Shown: piece after piece, positions 1 through 13,721 of the stretch
How positions within the stretch are numbered: position 1 is the first letter of the stretch
Layout of the letters: every line of letters starts with the position of its first letter
Assembly (NCBI GenBank): GCA_024137785.1
Contig: JAHRHZ010000026.1
Location: 33,458,312-33,522,311, forward strand
DNA length: 64,000 nt
From: Ginglymostoma cirratum
Lineage: Eukaryota
Reading direction: 5' to 3'
Position numbers and translations under genes: made by a program
Notes under the pieces: generated by a model
The model's input: only the letters and a program-made list of their open reading frames with translations
Databases searched by the model: none
What the model was told of the DNA's origin: nothing

Positions 1-325
1 CCACCCCCATTTCCTACCTACTAACCTCATCCCGCCACCTTGACCCGTCCGTCCTCCCTGGACTGACTTATCTCCTCCCTACATCTCCACCTACACTCAC
101 CTGTACTGGCTCCATCCCCGCCTCTTTGACTTGTCTGTCTCCTCTCCACCTATCCTCTCCTCTATTCATCTTTTGTCCGCCTCCCCCCTCTCCCTATTTA
201 TTTCAGAACCCCCTTCCCCTCCCCCATTTCCGATGAAGGGTCTCGGCCCGAAACGTCAAGCTTTCCTGCTCCTCTGATGCTGCTTGGCCTGTTGTGTTCA
301 TCCAGCCCCACACCTTGTTATCTTG
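1..325 (+). mobile_element. Penelope-like element (family A) 3' end: C-rich 3' region, hammerhead motif and terminal segment; cut by window start
   Basis: Nearly identical to 42157-42465, whose inverted partner arm follows a GIY-YIG coding tail. Confidence 0.85.
228..260 (+). ncRNA. Minimal hammerhead ribozyme, core mutated (CCGATGA)
   Basis: TT-CCGATGA-A-GGGT CTCG GCCC-GAAA-CG-TC-AA. Confidence 0.6.
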
Positions 326-454
326 GGCTGAATTGCTTGTTTTTGCGCTGTAGCTTTCTATGCAGAGAGAAGGGAGGTGCAAAGGGTAAGCGAGATTAGT
401 TTGTAAGTGTAAGTCTGCCATTCAAGCATCTCTTCAACCATGAAGTTCAGTACC

Positions 455-590
455 ACCTCAACCTGGTTTAATCCTTGAACTCAGGGCAATGTCTATTCTA
501 AAAGACTTCCAACGATGCAACACTCCCTTAATACTGTGTTAAAGTGTAACCCTCAACTTATGCTCCATTCCGAGAGTTTGCACCTTAACC
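455..590 (-). mobile_element. Degenerate Deu-type SINE fragment
   Basis: Reverse complement resembles the cagtactgagggagtgctgca body of the copy at 61655-62100. Confidence 0.45.
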
Positions 591-594
591 CAGC

Positions 595-720
595 GGTTGC
601 TGAAATGAAGACAGAATATGGTTCAAACACTCAGCAGGTCAGGCAGCATCCATGGAGAGAACATACAGTTTACATTTAAAACTGACGGCCTCTCATAATA
701 AATATCAATCTTGAACAGCT
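595..720 (-). mobile_element. Degenerate PLE terminal fragment
   Basis: ctcagcaggtcaggcagcatccatggagaga motif shared with 57437-57630. Confidence 0.55.
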
Positions 721-1460
721 TCCAGTGCTGGTTAAGCACAAAGGGACTAAGGGGAAAGGGTTGGGTTTAGGGCAGGGCTAATGGAGCTGATGATAGTGGT
801 CTCGGGGAGGGGAGAGGCAAGCCAAGGGAGGCTCAATGCAGGTTCTGGGAGGGAACAATGGGTTTGTGCACACAAGATTTTTGCACCTGTGCACATATAC
901 CCAGGGAATTTAAATGACACAGATTTCATATCACGAAAGATACACTGTTTTGTTTCCAGTAGGATATCCTCACCTGATGCAGCAAGGCTTACATTATAAC
1001 ACGTGAAACTGGGCATGAATGAAACAATATTTAGACATCTAACTGACGTTTATTGCAGCTGATATTTTTACATACAAAATATCAACATTCACAAGCACAT
1101 CCAAATTAACCATAAGATATTGATCCATCAGCGTGCCATGCATCAAGTGATTTCAAGTAGGATGGTGTGGGAGACCTTTATACCCTCAAGACACCTCCGA
1201 AGATGCAATGATCAGATCATGAGCATGCCCCTTAAAGGCAAATCGGCAATCTGACTGTGTGAACCACAACAATGAATAACCTATAAGAAAAAAACAAACA
1301 CTCCGACAATCATAAACGAAAGATTACCAAATAGGAACATCACCTTTAAAAGTGACAAATCACAAATAAGGAATTGCTTTGTCAATAAATGTTTGTGCAG
1401 GATATTAGTGTTAATTAATAACCTTGATTTCAACTGTATCAGTTTATTTCCCTCCACCTT

Positions 1461-1745
1461 AAAGAAAAGACTTGTATTTCCATAGCACTTCTCAATCTTG
1501 TGACATCCAAAACAGTTCACAGCCAACGAAATACTTTTTGAAGTTGTCATGCAAGAAAACATGGCAACCTACTAAGCAAGATCCCACAAACAAAAAAATG
1601 GGATAATAACCAGATCATGATTTTAGCAATATTATTTCAGACAAAAATATTGGGCAGGCCATTGGGAAGAACTCTCTGATGTTTCTATTAATTTTAACAC
1701 GTTACCTCTCACATCCAACCAAGAGGAAAAACAGGGCTCCTGCCT
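1461..1745 (-). mobile_element. Deu-type SINE 3' half
   Basis: Reverse complement resembles 61840-62100 (cttcaaaa...cattggctgt...ttgggatgtc). Confidence 0.55.
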
Positions 1746-3059
1746 AACACCAATAGTTATTCATGTGTAGTCATCTGAAAAATCACTACCTGATCCTTCA
1801 GGTTTTCACTTATTTAGCAAAAATTGTGAAGATTTAAGATGAAGGGAAAGAGCAAAAATCACAATGTCGCCACGTTCTACTTGAGAGATATGGAGCAAGG
1901 TAGGATCAGAATTGATCAGGAAGCCTGTCTGTTATCTGACAGTGATTTTAAAATGCTTTTAAAAGGAGTTTTCTGAACAGACATTCAATGAAAGGACAAT
2001 GTCAGAGCTTCAGTTATTTCACCTTCTGTCAATTTATCGTCATCCCAGATGAGATGGACTTTAAAAGTCCTGACATATAAAAGCAGAGCATTACACAAGC
2101 TGCCACTTTTCATTCAATTATTTACAAGTTGATGCACACCACAGTTCTACCTACTTCTAGTTTCACACCCTCTTTACAAAGAAGGCATGCTATCAAGAAA
2201 AGCACTGCACCTTATTAAGGCACAGCAAAAAATAAATGAACATTTAAAAAAAAAATTACTTTAAAAAAAATCAGTAACTCAGTGTTTCATTTTTACATGC
2301 TCAAGAAAGTGAACATTTACTATTTGAACCGTGTCTTTGAATTGCTACAGGGCGAATCAGTTGCAGAGAGCACCAGAGGCAATATCCTGAATACAATTTT
2401 TTGAATGGGTTAACTCCTTCACAAAGGGATCAAACGAGCTTCAAATTAATTGACAGAAAATGGTTTCAAATGTTCAAAGCATTATTCTTGAATATTTGTG
2501 AGTGAAGGCTAAATTTTAGGCTAACATTCAATGCTTCAATTCTTGTTGAAACCATTAGCGGTCATTGGATCAAACCATCCCAGATGCAGGCCATCCACAA
2601 AGTAATTTGGGTGTTCAAATAGAATTGGGTTCTTTCAACTCCAGGACGACGCTGGCACCTGATCACTGTTTTACACTGAATGGGGTGTTTCCGTGTATCA
2701 ATTATTGTGATGTTAGTTTGATTGCTTAAAATGACCTTTTAAAATCTTCTGGATTGCTTTCAATACCTACTTGTTGCTAATTCCACGAGACTTCCAGACA
2801 TTCTGAAGGGATTACAAACTCTGAACTAAAAAAAATTCAATCTCTCCTTAACTTTCATGTTCACAAACGTGTACCTTCCTACCAAATCCAATGGATAGAG
2901 ACCAGGCAGAATTTTCCCTCTTTCATTGTAGGCCACTAGAGCATGTACCTTTACTTGAGACCATCGACCTTTAACAGGACTAAAATTGTGAGTTTACTTG
3001 CCTGTATAACAAAATTATGTTACATTCTTAATCAATGTGGAAATTGGGGAACCTAGATC

Positions 3060-3255
3060 TGTTTTCTGAAGAAATGGACTGGAAACCTTACAACCTTTAA
3101 AAAAACACTTGGATGAGTACTTCAAATATTATAACAGTCAAGGACGTGGGACAATTGCAGGAAATTGGGATTAGTGCACTCCTGGTGGTAGTTACGTCAG
3201 TGCAGACTCAATGGGCCAAAAGGCCTGTTCTGCACTACATGAATCTACAAATCTA
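3060..3255 (+). mobile_element. CR1 LINE 3' fragment
   Basis: End of ORF2 (tttaaaaaacacttggatgag) and tgggccaaaaggcctgttctgcact 3' tail. Confidence 0.65.
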
Positions 3256-4329
3256 GGATTGACCAACCAGGCTGCTGTCATCAAGGTCATCTGTCTAACA
3301 ATGAAACCAAAATCCTATATTAACTTTATGTAAATCACTCTTGGGCTGTTGGGAAAGATTACAGTGTAGTTAAAGAACCAGTTGATACAGAAATATTGCC
3401 CCTAAGACTGAAATACAACAAGTGCTGGTGAACAGCAGCCAGAAATGTATCATAATCTTGTGAGGAGACCAGAACCATTAAAATGAGCAGAGTTACAGAC
3501 TCATGCTTTCCCCCCGCCCAGTTTCCCTTGCCATTCCTTTTCCCATCCATCTACAGAAAGATTAAAAGTGCAAGACTGCAAAAAAGTGTCCTCAAAAAAG
3601 GTCAAGTTATTACCAAAAACTGTCTCATGGGTTTTACACCAACTCCCACTAGTTTTCTAAAAATGAGTGAATTAATTTTCTGTCATCAAGACTTAATATG
3701 GCATCTCTCTTCCCTTTACTGCCAGGGAATTCATAGGTGCAGCTTCATAACTTTTTAACCCAAGTGTACATACTCATTGCAATCTCTAAGCAATGCTACC
3801 AAGTGAAACAAAAGATAAAAAGAACAGGGAGAACAAAGAATACAATACAGGCAACAGCCCAAGATGAAATGAAGCTGGTTCTGAATGGTGGAGCTTGTTA
3901 GTGGCAAGCTGCCACAAGGTCAGTCAATGTTTTCCTCTGTAAGTTTAAAGCTGGGTCAATGTTTAAATCTAGGGTCGGTATACCATTGAGAGATTGCCAA
4001 AAAGAGGGTGACCCCAGGTAAATAGCGTGACTTGCACACAGGGAAGAATAAACTCAAAGCAGAGCGCATATACAGGGCTCCCAACACAAGATGCTCCATG
4101 CCAATTTTGTCTTTCCAAACCAATCATCACCCGCTGCTGCCATGCTAACACTGCTCGCCAGACAGGTTAATGAAGCAGCTTCCCTCAAGGTCCTCAATCC
4201 TGTTCCATTCTCCCTAAAGGGAAGTTTTGCCTCTAGCAAGGTCTGGTGCCCGATGTGGCAATTCTTACATCATCTCTCGTAAGAGAAGAAATGAAACTCA
4301 GATAATGTGACATTGAAGAATTCGATTGA

Positions 4330-4765
4330 GTTATAGGGATAGGCTGGAGCTTTTTATCACTGGAGCGTAGGAGGTTGAGGGGTGACCTTATTGACGGTTT
4401 TTAAATCATGAGGGACACAGATAAGGTGAATGGTAGGTATCTTTTCCCTAGGGTATGGAATTTCAAGACTAGGGGGCATATTTTTAAGGTGAAAGGGGAA
4501 AGATTTTAAAAATGACATGAGGGGTAACTTTTTTTTGACAGAGAATGGTTTGTGCATGGAATGAAATTCCAGAGGAAGTGGTGGATGTGGGTACAGTTAC
4601 AACATTTAAAAGAAATCTAGAAAATTACCTGACTAAGAAATGTTTGGAATGATAGGGGCCAAGGGCAGGCAGGTGGGACTAAGTTTAGTTTGGGAACATG
4701 GTTGGCATGGACTGGTTGGACCGAAGGGTCTGTTTCCATATTGTATAACTCTATGACTCCATGAC
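4330..4765 (+). mobile_element. CR1 (HER1-like) LINE 3' fragment
   Basis: LERRRLRGDL...MRGNFF..RMV..WN-like coding remnants; tail ctctatgactccatgact. Confidence 0.85.
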
Positions 4766-5029
4766 TTTTATTACAGCTCCCTAAAGTATGCCAATATTAC
4801 ACTCACAAGCTTATTCGTGACATTGTTCACATTAAGATATCCGGTTACAAAGAGCAGTATACTTTGAATGGCATGCCATGCTCTAAGTGATCAGAGTTAA
4901 GATGGAGTTTGTGACCTTTATACCGTCAGGTCACGTGCCATGAAACAGTGGTGATGTCATGACCATGTCTCTTAAACATATGGATTGTGAGACATAACGC
5001 ATGATCGATATCTCAGCAGTGGAAATCTC

Positions 5030-5092
5030 AGCAATTGTAACAAGGTCAGCCAGGTGGCTGTCACAGAATGAGTTCCCTGATTGGGACTGGTC
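5030..5092 (+). mobile_element. Partial LTR of the same family as the solo LTR at 27386-27621
   Basis: aaggtcagccaggtgg...gagttccctgattggg is similar to the reverse complement of 27560-27610. Confidence 0.6.
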
Positions 5093-6062
5093 CTCCTTCT
5101 CTTTCTGCAGATGCTGCCGGATCTGCTGAGTTTCTCCAGCAATCTCTGTGTTTCTTTCAGTTACACTGTTTGTTGACACTAGAAACTGCTCCATCAATGA
5201 TTCACATGCACACAGTACCCAAATTTCGTCAGAGGATAAGTGGGTGAGCAACAAGTGAAAGGCTAGCATTTCTTCCGGAGACAGGTCACAAAAAAAGGCC
5301 ATTCACTCATGGCAGGTCACAGCTTAGAACTGGAAGAGGCAAGAGTAATGAGGACTGCAGGGAGAGCTTCTAAGGCAAAAAGCAAAGGGAAATTTTTATC
5401 CAATCTGACCAGATTAGGAATCGACACAAGAGCATAGAATGCCTTGCAGAAACTGGTCAACAACACAATGATTTGTCTGGGATGGTTCCCTTTGCTTTAA
5501 TTGGGAGAAATCTGTCCACCTTGTTGTGTTGCCACTTGATCGGGGAATTTTTGGGCATCCCAGTGTCACCTTTACAAACCCATCAGAACAGGCTTAAGCA
5601 AACAGGTTTAAATAGCAGCCTATATTCCAAACTACAATCAAAGCTGCAGCTGAGGTGACTCTAAGTACAAGATGGAAATTTTGATTGCTTCAAAACAAAC
5701 AGAATAAATTGTCAGAAAACCATTAAAGAGAAACATTGAATAGCAAGAACAAGTATGTCCAGAAGCAATATGAAAGTCTAAACACCCACCACCACTTGAT
5801 AATCAAACAGCAAAGTAGAGCACTCAATGATCAAAAAAAACTTGATTTTCATCTCACCATCAAACAAAGGTTAAAATTCATGTGCACAAGCTATTGAAGT
5901 GACAGGCTCAATATCAATGTCTAGCACTTAATTAAAATTGTAATAAACTGAATCTAGATTGGCAATCATCCACATCAGGTGACTGATTGGACAAAAAAAT
6001 CCTAAAATAATATCAAAAGTTTAAAATATATGCTCAATAGAAAATAAGCAACAATATTTTGA

Positions 6063-6160
6063 GATAACAAGGCGTGGGGCTGGATGAACACAGCAGGCCA
6101 AGCAGCATCATAGGAGCAGGAAAGCTTGATGTTTCGGGCCTAGACCCTTCATCAGAAAAT
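6063..6160 (-). mobile_element. Short PLE-derived insert (family A) with hammerhead motif
   Basis: Matches the PLE terminus; TSD caatattttga at 6052-6062 and 6161-6171. Confidence 0.85.
6125..6157 (-). ncRNA. Minimal hammerhead ribozyme
   Basis: TT-CTGATGA-A-GGGT CTAG GCCC-GAAA-CA-TC-AA. Confidence 0.7.
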
Positions 6161-6319
6161 CAATATTTTGAATTTTCTTTGGTTAGTGTTTCTCACCTAC
6201 GCTCATTAGATCAAGAATTCCTTTTCATTCTTGAGTCAGAACTACTATTCACTGCATGTTTCTCATTCCTGTAGAGTCACAGGGTCATAGACCAAGGATA
6301 TAGGGTAGACTGTTCGAGA

Positions 6320-6545
6320 CCCAGAGAGTAGTGAGCCTGCAGAATTCTCTTCCACAGAAAGTGGGTCAAACAGAAACACTGAATGTTTTCAAGAAAGTGT
6401 TAGGTACAGTTGTTAGTTCAAAGGGTATGAGGAGAAAACAGGAACAGGGGACTGAGTTGGATGATCAGACATGATCATATTGAATGACACAGCAGGCTCA
6501 AAGAACCAATAACCAACTCTTGTTCCTATTTTCTTTGTTTCTATG
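6320..6545 (+). mobile_element. CR1 LINE 3' fragment
   Basis: cagagagtagtgagcctg..gaattct; gatcagacatgatcatattgaatg tail. Confidence 0.75.
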
Positions 6546-6629
6546 TTAGCTACGTAATATGGAACTGGGCTGGGTGGCAGGATGGGAGAGCTTCATCTAT
6601 AAAGGACATTAGTGAATTATTTCTGTTTA

Positions 6630-7078
6630 AATTCAAGATTATAAGAAAGGGTTGACTGAGTTGGGTTTGTTCTACTGGTGTACAGAACAATGAGAGGACA
6701 CCTTACTGAAACATGTGAGATTCCAAGTGAGCTTGTCAGGGTAGATGCAGAGAGGCTGTTTCCCCTTGTGGTGCCTAACTGTAGGACCGGAGGGCACAAT
6801 CTCAGAGGAAGGGGGTCACCCATTTAAGGCAGAGAGCAGGAGGGTTTTTCTTCTCTCACAGGGTAGTCAATTTGTGCAATTCTTTACTGCAGAGGGCTGT
6901 CAAGGTTTGGTCATTAAATATATTCGAGGCGGAGGTAGACAGATTTTGAAACAGCAAGGGAATCAAGGGTTTATAGGGAAAAGGCAGGAAAGTGGAGTTA
7001 AGGATTATCAGATTGCACTGAATGGTGGAGCAGATGGATGGGCAGAATGGCCTACTTCTGTTTCTATATCTTATGGTT
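6630..7078 (+). mobile_element. CR1 LINE 3' fragment
   Basis: ORF2 C-terminal remnants and 3' tail gaatggcctacttctgtttctatatcttatg. Confidence 0.75.
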
Positions 7079-8234
7079 TTATATTCACTTGGCTACCTGT
7101 GCAGCTCAGAAAGTTGCCATGAAGCTGGTGGAGGGGTTGGATTTGGAACGAGATATCTCTTCCAGTAAAGTATATTTACCAGGTGCAACAAGTTTATGTG
7201 ATCCCTTGTAATGTAAGAAATTGGGCATGGATATCACGGTATTAAAGAATCCAACAGACATGAATTGCAGAAAGCTGCTAGATACAAACATTACATTCAT
7301 CTGTCTTTGGGCTAGCGTCAGGCTGTTAGTTACAACAGAGAATGATGCTTTGAATAGTGTGTCATTCTTCAAAGGATCCCCGAGTAAAATGGTGAATGAG
7401 ACCTTCACAACGTGAGGTCATATGCTGCGAGATAGAGATAGTATCATGAGCATATCTCTTAAAGGTACACGTACAATCTGACAACACGACAGATACAGGA
7501 ACACGTCATCATTGTGGTTTTAAAGGCACACAAAGCACGGCCTTTAAAAATAAGAGAAGCACTGATTATTTATCAAATAATCCACATGATGGCCAAATTT
7601 TAATTGCATCATATTGTTATTTATGAGCCTTAATACATGGATAGTTCCCCTATCAGTCAGTGTAACTCACTGGAACTGCTATTCTGCCAACTGCTTCATG
7701 TTTATCTGCATCGAAATTGAACCTAACAAGAATAATAAAAATAAAATTTCTAACTTCTTCAGTATTAGTGACAGCTGGGCGATGGCACCTTGATGCTTCA
7801 TTGTAAACAACATTGTTCAACTCATCACAATTTATCTGCTGCTTAGAATTCCACTTGTAATTATTTACTATATTGTACGGGTATTCGCATATAAAGATGA
7901 AATGCTTTCTGTTTGAACAGTACTTGAAGCACAAACAAATGGGCTATATTTTGCACTTCGATGGCCTATCAAACAATGACTTGCAATTTCTGCACAAGTG
8001 CCTGCCCAATACACATAAGAGCCTTGATTATGGACAATAAACTAGAAGCAAGCTGAGACCAGCCTTGCCTTATCATCAGCTCAGGACTTTTAAAACAAAA
8101 TCATTGACAGGATGCTAGACTCACTGGAAAAACTGGCACTTCTCTCCCAAATGTAGAATTGAGGTCAGAGGTCAACCACACTGCTGAGAGTCTAGAGCCA
8201 CGTTGAAATCATTCATGGTAAAGATATCCAGTTT

Positions 8235-8985
8235 CTTCTGTTGTATTTTGCCCAAGCCTTTTACTACACTTAGTGGTAAGTGAAGCAGCTGCTTCTCATA
8301 AGAGGCGGAAACCAAAGGTGTATCCTTAATCCACAAAGGTTCCCAGTTATAGGCTCTCAGTCTAGCCGAGATCTTGTGCAAACTTATGGTTGGAGTCCAC
8401 AGCCAATTTTGCTAAAGACAGGTTCTGCGATCACTGAAACGGCTGCGCCAGTATCGATCTCAATTAGAAGCTGGTGACCATTTAGCCAAACGTTTAGTTT
8501 GGTTGGTTCTGATTTGGATGTTGCTAAGCAATTTAACTGTTTCAGGATGTGTTTTTCCTTGGCCTATGAGTTCTCTTACTCAGTTTAGCTCCAGTAGGAT
8601 TTCTTTGCGATCTCAAATCTGCATACTGGCAGCAACTACAATGGCTTGCTGGCCTGGATCCTGAAGAAAATTTTAACCGTTTGGTCAAAGCTTGGCTTTG
8701 TTTTGGGGTTTTGCTATGGGCTGACCTGGAGTCCCTCTGTTCAGGATATGTCTGAGTGAGGCTATGTAATTGCCTTCACTCAAATCATGGTCCCCAAGCT
8801 CAGTCAGCCTGGCAAAGATATCTACTGCCATCGGAATACACTCCAACTCATAGGCTCCACTTGCCACATTTCCCAAAGATAAAACCAGTTGTAGAACCTG
8901 TTTGAAGTCCAGTTTGGCTTCTGCTAGTAGGCACATTTGCATGGTCACATCATTAAGCCCACATACCAATGGTCTCTCAGCACCT
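8235..8985 (-). mobile_element. Ty3/Gypsy gag-protease relic
   Basis: Gag-like VCGLNDVTMQ..LLAEAKLDFKQVLQL; aspartic protease LNGHQLLIEIDTGAAVSVI (DTG at 8447-8455); LPLSVVKG; stops and frameshifts present. Confidence 0.85.
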
Positions 8986-9289
8986 CATTAAGTGGTAAAC
9001 CAAAGTCACATGCCTCCACCAGTCATCCTAACCTAGTCAAAAATCCCGATAGCAATTTAAGAACCCGGGGCAATTGTAAGTAAAAATGATAGCATCTCAG
9101 AATCAGAGGATGCTCAGGGCTGTAATATTCCTTAACTAAATCTGTTGACTCTTGAAAGGTCTTAGTATCTGGTGCCTCACTGAGTCACTGAGACAGTTAG
9201 CACTGACACATTTAAGGGGAAATTTGATAAACATAAGATAAAATGAAATTGGCAATAATAAAGATAGAATGAGTTGGGCCAAATACCTC

Positions 9290-9780
9290 ATCTCACATCT
9301 CCCCACAGCCTGTCCACCACTGACAACGTACAAGTGTGTTGGAATACTCTCCATTTGCCTGGATGAGTGCAGCTCTAATAACACTCAACACTTGTGAACA
9401 CCACCCAGGATAAAGAAGCTTGCTGGTTTGACACTCCATCCTCACCTCAAACATCTGCTTTGGTAAACTCCCAGAATGCACTGATGCATTCCAACAGCAA
9501 CTTCCAAACCTGTGACCTATAACATCCTGAAGGACAGGAACAGCAATTATTTGGAAATGTTACCATCTGAAAACCTCCCCCCAAGCCATGTCCCACCCTA
9601 ACTTCAAAATGTATCACCATTCTGTCATTGTCTCTGGATTGAAATCCTGGAACTCCCTTCCTGACAGTACAGTGGGTGTACCTGCACTTGTGCAAGAATA
9701 CTGCTCACCATCACCCTCTGAAGAAACATTACAAATAGGCAATCAAAGTTGGCTTATCCAGTGATATTCACATCCCAAGA
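9290..9780 (+). mobile_element. Second CR1-group LINE (provisionally Zenon-like), 3' part
   Basis: EYSPFAWMSAA..TL motif; tail homologous to 57650-57970 and 42710-43010. Confidence 0.65.
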
Positions 9781-12379
9781 CTGCTTCTGTGCAGTGTAAT
9801 CTGTAATTCTAAAACATCTGCAAAGCTACAACATCTATTCGAGAATTTCCCAGTTTCATACATCAACACCATCCTGCTGATGCAGGCGCAATGCACATAC
9901 AGAAACCCAGACAAGTTCAGGGTCAAAACTGCTCCATGTACAATATCAGTAATATGTGCACAGCGTTCACAGCAACCCAACCATACACTTTTACAAAAAC
10001 CCTTTCACCCATTTAGAATAAATGTCACCCAGTGTGTTTAGTAGGTCTTCAAGAAGCTGAATTTCCTTTCCTCATGAGTGCACTTTAAAGGACTCCACAT
10101 TCCAACAAACTGTAACACTTTCTGTCTCATTCACTGTGCTTCGTCCCCCACTGAACTGTTTTGCACCCCCTCTTAAAATGTGGTCACAATCAATTTAACC
10201 CCTCTCTCCTTTGCATGACCTTCCACAGTCAGTCCTCAGGAAGGGCAAGAATAGTGACTGGAGGGTGACATCTGTTGTGCAAGCATTGCGAGATGTCGTG
10301 CTACAGGAGGCACTACACTAAGTACATCTCCAAGACTTTGTTTCTCAAACAGCTGAGGATCAGGGACACAATATCACTTTGAACAGTAAGCAAACATTTT
10401 GAAACTGGGGAACAGTAAAGTGACATGTTCTCTCAACCATGACAACAATTTCCCTCCCTTCTTTCCCCACTGGATGCTCATTATTTACTTGACGGCCTTT
10501 TGTGTAATTTCTGGTTCCGATCGTGCTTTTCATTTGAAAAGGGCATTTAAACAGCGAGTGTTCGGGAATTCAGGGAGCAGGCTGGAAGCGGATGCTCAGC
10601 TTGACAGTGCAAGGAAGCTGAAATGGTGTGAGTATGGTTATTAACCACAGGAGTGTCTCGATAATGGTGTGTTTTAATTCAGCTCAAGTGCGTGGTTCTG
10701 CTCCCATTCCTCTCAATGAGGTTAAAACATGCATAAATTAAATAAAATACAAGTCAAAATTAAGAAGAGAGCAATGGAGAAACAAAGGAGGTTACTGTCA
10801 GGAATATTTGCCTAAAGCTGTTGAATGATATCCTACTGAAAGCTAGTCCTCCATCACAGTTTTCCGTACAGGGCTTTCGCTCCAGGTATAAAAGTCACCT
10901 GACCAATAGGTAGTGTTTATACAGGCACCCACCACCTCACAAATCTCAGCGCTTTCACACAAATGCAAAGCAAACTTCTATCAAAATTTAAACTTTTTAA
11001 CAAGTTCCCTGGGGTAGATAATACATTGAATCACCTTATTATGAAAAATGTAACAGCCGAGGGACTGAGTTAAGCCCTCCACAATACCTTACATTCAGAA
11101 GCAAGTGAACGGGGTTAAGAATGTATGCACACAGTTCTCCTCTTGGCTGCTCTGAGAGTTTTATTCACTGCATAACTTGGTGCTCGCTCCCCCAGCACTG
11201 CATCAGCAAGCACCACTCTCAAGATATTTCTGGAGCACAATGACACATTATCTAAGGTTGGTGCTCATCATAAATTCCACATCACCCTAATGCCTGAATC
11301 GGCTTTTAGAGCCTGTCTATAAACAGACAGACAATCCAATGATTTTTCAACAGCATTTCCCAGAAGTGTGCTTTAACAAGTTTCATCAGGCTGTGTCTTA
11401 AGAGACTGACCTCAATATATTAAAATGCACCAGCCCACCTCCTTAAATTCCGCATTGGGAACTGATCTTTCAAACACTGCTAGCTCCACTGGACATCATG
11501 AAAACTCAGGGAGCACAAGCAACCAGACTGTCTCCACTTTAATTACTCTCTTATCTGAACCCAGTGGCACATTTCATGCTTCAACCAGGAAGAATGCTTT
11601 CAAACGTGGAATGAGACGGGTGCGCAGGTACCATGGACAGCAGCCCAGCCTGTTGTGAAAATGTCTTCTGTCCATAAGAAGCTTCAGAGCATTACAGGTT
11701 AAAAAGAGGTCATGTTTGAGACAACGCTACAAATTGCGATAACGAATCTCAGAGTAGATCTGTCAGACAGCCCATGATTACTCCATTGTGATACACAATA
11801 GCTGGTATAGTGGTCAATGTCATTTATTTACTGAGGTGGTGATGAAAAATATAAAACAGAATCTATGAGGCAGTATTTAATCTTATCTCAACTAACTCTT
11901 TTAAAGCCAGCTGCATTCTGACCTTGGTGGGTCCTGTTCTCAGGAAACTGAATATTGCAGGAGCCGCTGTTGATCTCAAAGGGAACTGACCACCAGAAGT
12001 CTAGCATTTTTTTTACAAGACAGACTTCCCCTTCCCATCTTCATTATTATTTGTTTCTGGCACCACGTTGACTCAGCGACAGTGGTGTCAACAGCAAATT
12101 AAACACAATGATGTATTCTCACAAACGGCAAGCCAGGAAGGTGAAAGCAGCAAGTTCCTTTCACAGTCCTTTGTTAAAAATTGAAAATGTATAATTTTTC
12201 ATCCAAAAAGAGAAATTTGCCACCCCACAAATATAAAATTAACCTTTTTTTAGTGGCGGTTAAGTTCACCACTACAATAAAATCAGCTTGCATTTTAAAA
12301 AAAGTTTGTTATTCATTGAGCATGGTGCAACCTATTCAAGGATTTGTACACTGAGACCCTACAGGAAAGGTTAATGATA

Positions 12380-12690
12380 GGTGACTTTTCCCAAAGTTGG
12401 GGGTTTTCAAAACTAGGGTGTACATTTTTAAAGTGAAAGGAAAGGAATTTAAAAAAGATAGAAGAGGCATTTTTTTTTAACACAGAGGGTGGTTTGCGTT
12501 TGGAATGAACTTCCTGAGGAAGTGGGGGATGCAGGCAAAGTTACAACATCAAAAAGACACTTCGGTAAGTATACAGATAGGAAAGGTTTGGAGGGATATG
12601 GGCCAGTAGTAGGCAGGTGGGACTAGCTTAGTTTGGATTATGTTCAGACTGAAGGGTCAGTTTCTGTGCTGTACGACTCTATGACTCTCA
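12380..12690 (+). mobile_element. CR1 LINE 3' fragment
   Basis: cagagggtggtttgcgtttggaatgaacttcc; tail gactctatgact. Confidence 0.8.
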
Positions 12691-12989
12691 TCAGTTCCCA
12701 TTCACTGCAATCTAGGGACTGCGTTAACAGTGAAGAAAGGCACAGAGTGACCAGCAACACCCGGATTTCTGCATTTCCCTTTACACATGTAGATTCCAGA
12801 AATGCTGAACAAGTCACCATCATCACCGCACAAAATCCATTGTTTCTGGCTTAAAATGGGACACTTGAAAAGAGAGAAACACACCAATCACACAAACACA
12901 ATATTCATACATCAGTGCTGGTTTTAGAGTATAAAACATTCTGAAGTACTTCATAAAATTGGACAACAGACTACATTGTTGACATTATG

Positions 12990-13320
12990 CCAGGTGACCA
13001 CAAAACTTGTTGGCCTTAACAGCTGTTTAAAGGAGAGTAGGATAGAGAGTTACAGGGTAGGAATTCCATGTGTTGATGGGCAGAGAGCTGAAGGCCCAGC
13101 GATCAATGGTGGAGCAATGAAAATCAGAGGCAGGCGAGGTTTAAAATGGAGGAGTGCAGAGTTATCAAACAATTGTAAAGCTTGCAGATTCTTCAGAAAT
13201 CAGGAGCACAAAGGTTGGACACTGATTTGAAAATAAGAAAAGATTATTTAAACAGACTGGGAGACAAGTAGGATCTGGGACAATGGGTGAATAGAACTTT
13301 CTGTAAATGTGGCGAACAGT
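12990..13320 (-). mobile_element. Degenerate L2-like LINE fragment
   Basis: ggaattccat...gctgaaggcc..gatcaatggtggagc pattern recalled from shark L2 3' regions. Confidence 0.4.
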
Positions 13321-13464
13321 ATCAGATATAGATAGACACACAAAAAAACTACCAATCAATATGGTGCATGCATTATGGCTTTGCAGAATGCCTTCATCCT
13401 TTCGCAGTGAGCATGAAAGTCTGCAGCCTATGATAGAACTAGAGACTATTCCTAATTTTGTGAT

Positions 13465-13720
13465 TTGTGTATGCGTGTGTGCCAGTGCCAGTGTGTGTGT
13501 CTGTGTCTGTGTGTATGACAGTGAGTGAGGGAGTGAGTGAGGGAGAGTGGGAGGNNNNNNNNNNNNNNNNNNNNNNNNNNNNNNNNNNNNNNNNNNNNNN
13601 NNNNNNNNNNNNNNNNNNNNNNNNNNNNNNNNNNNNNNNNNNNNNNNNNNNNNNNNNNNNNNNNNNNNNNNNNNNNNNNNNNNNNNNNNNNNNAGGGTGT
13701 GTGAGAGAGTGCGAGAGGGG
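13465..13720. repeat. (GT)n/(GAGT)n microsatellite containing an assembly gap (N 13555-13693)
   Basis: Direct observation; the repeat resumes at 14455-14500 after the CR1 insert. Confidence 0.9.
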
Positions 13721-13721
13721 G

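Noticed and set aside
7180-7277. Minus-strand exon candidates here and at ~2880-2970, 19293-19407 and ~44434-44537
   Set aside because: Splice signals are plausible, but the phases do not chain cleanly and no protein family is recognisable.
10880-10910. TATAAAA with nearby CCAAT as a promoter
   Set aside because: CCAAT lies downstream, and there is no CpG island or linked first exon; expected by chance.
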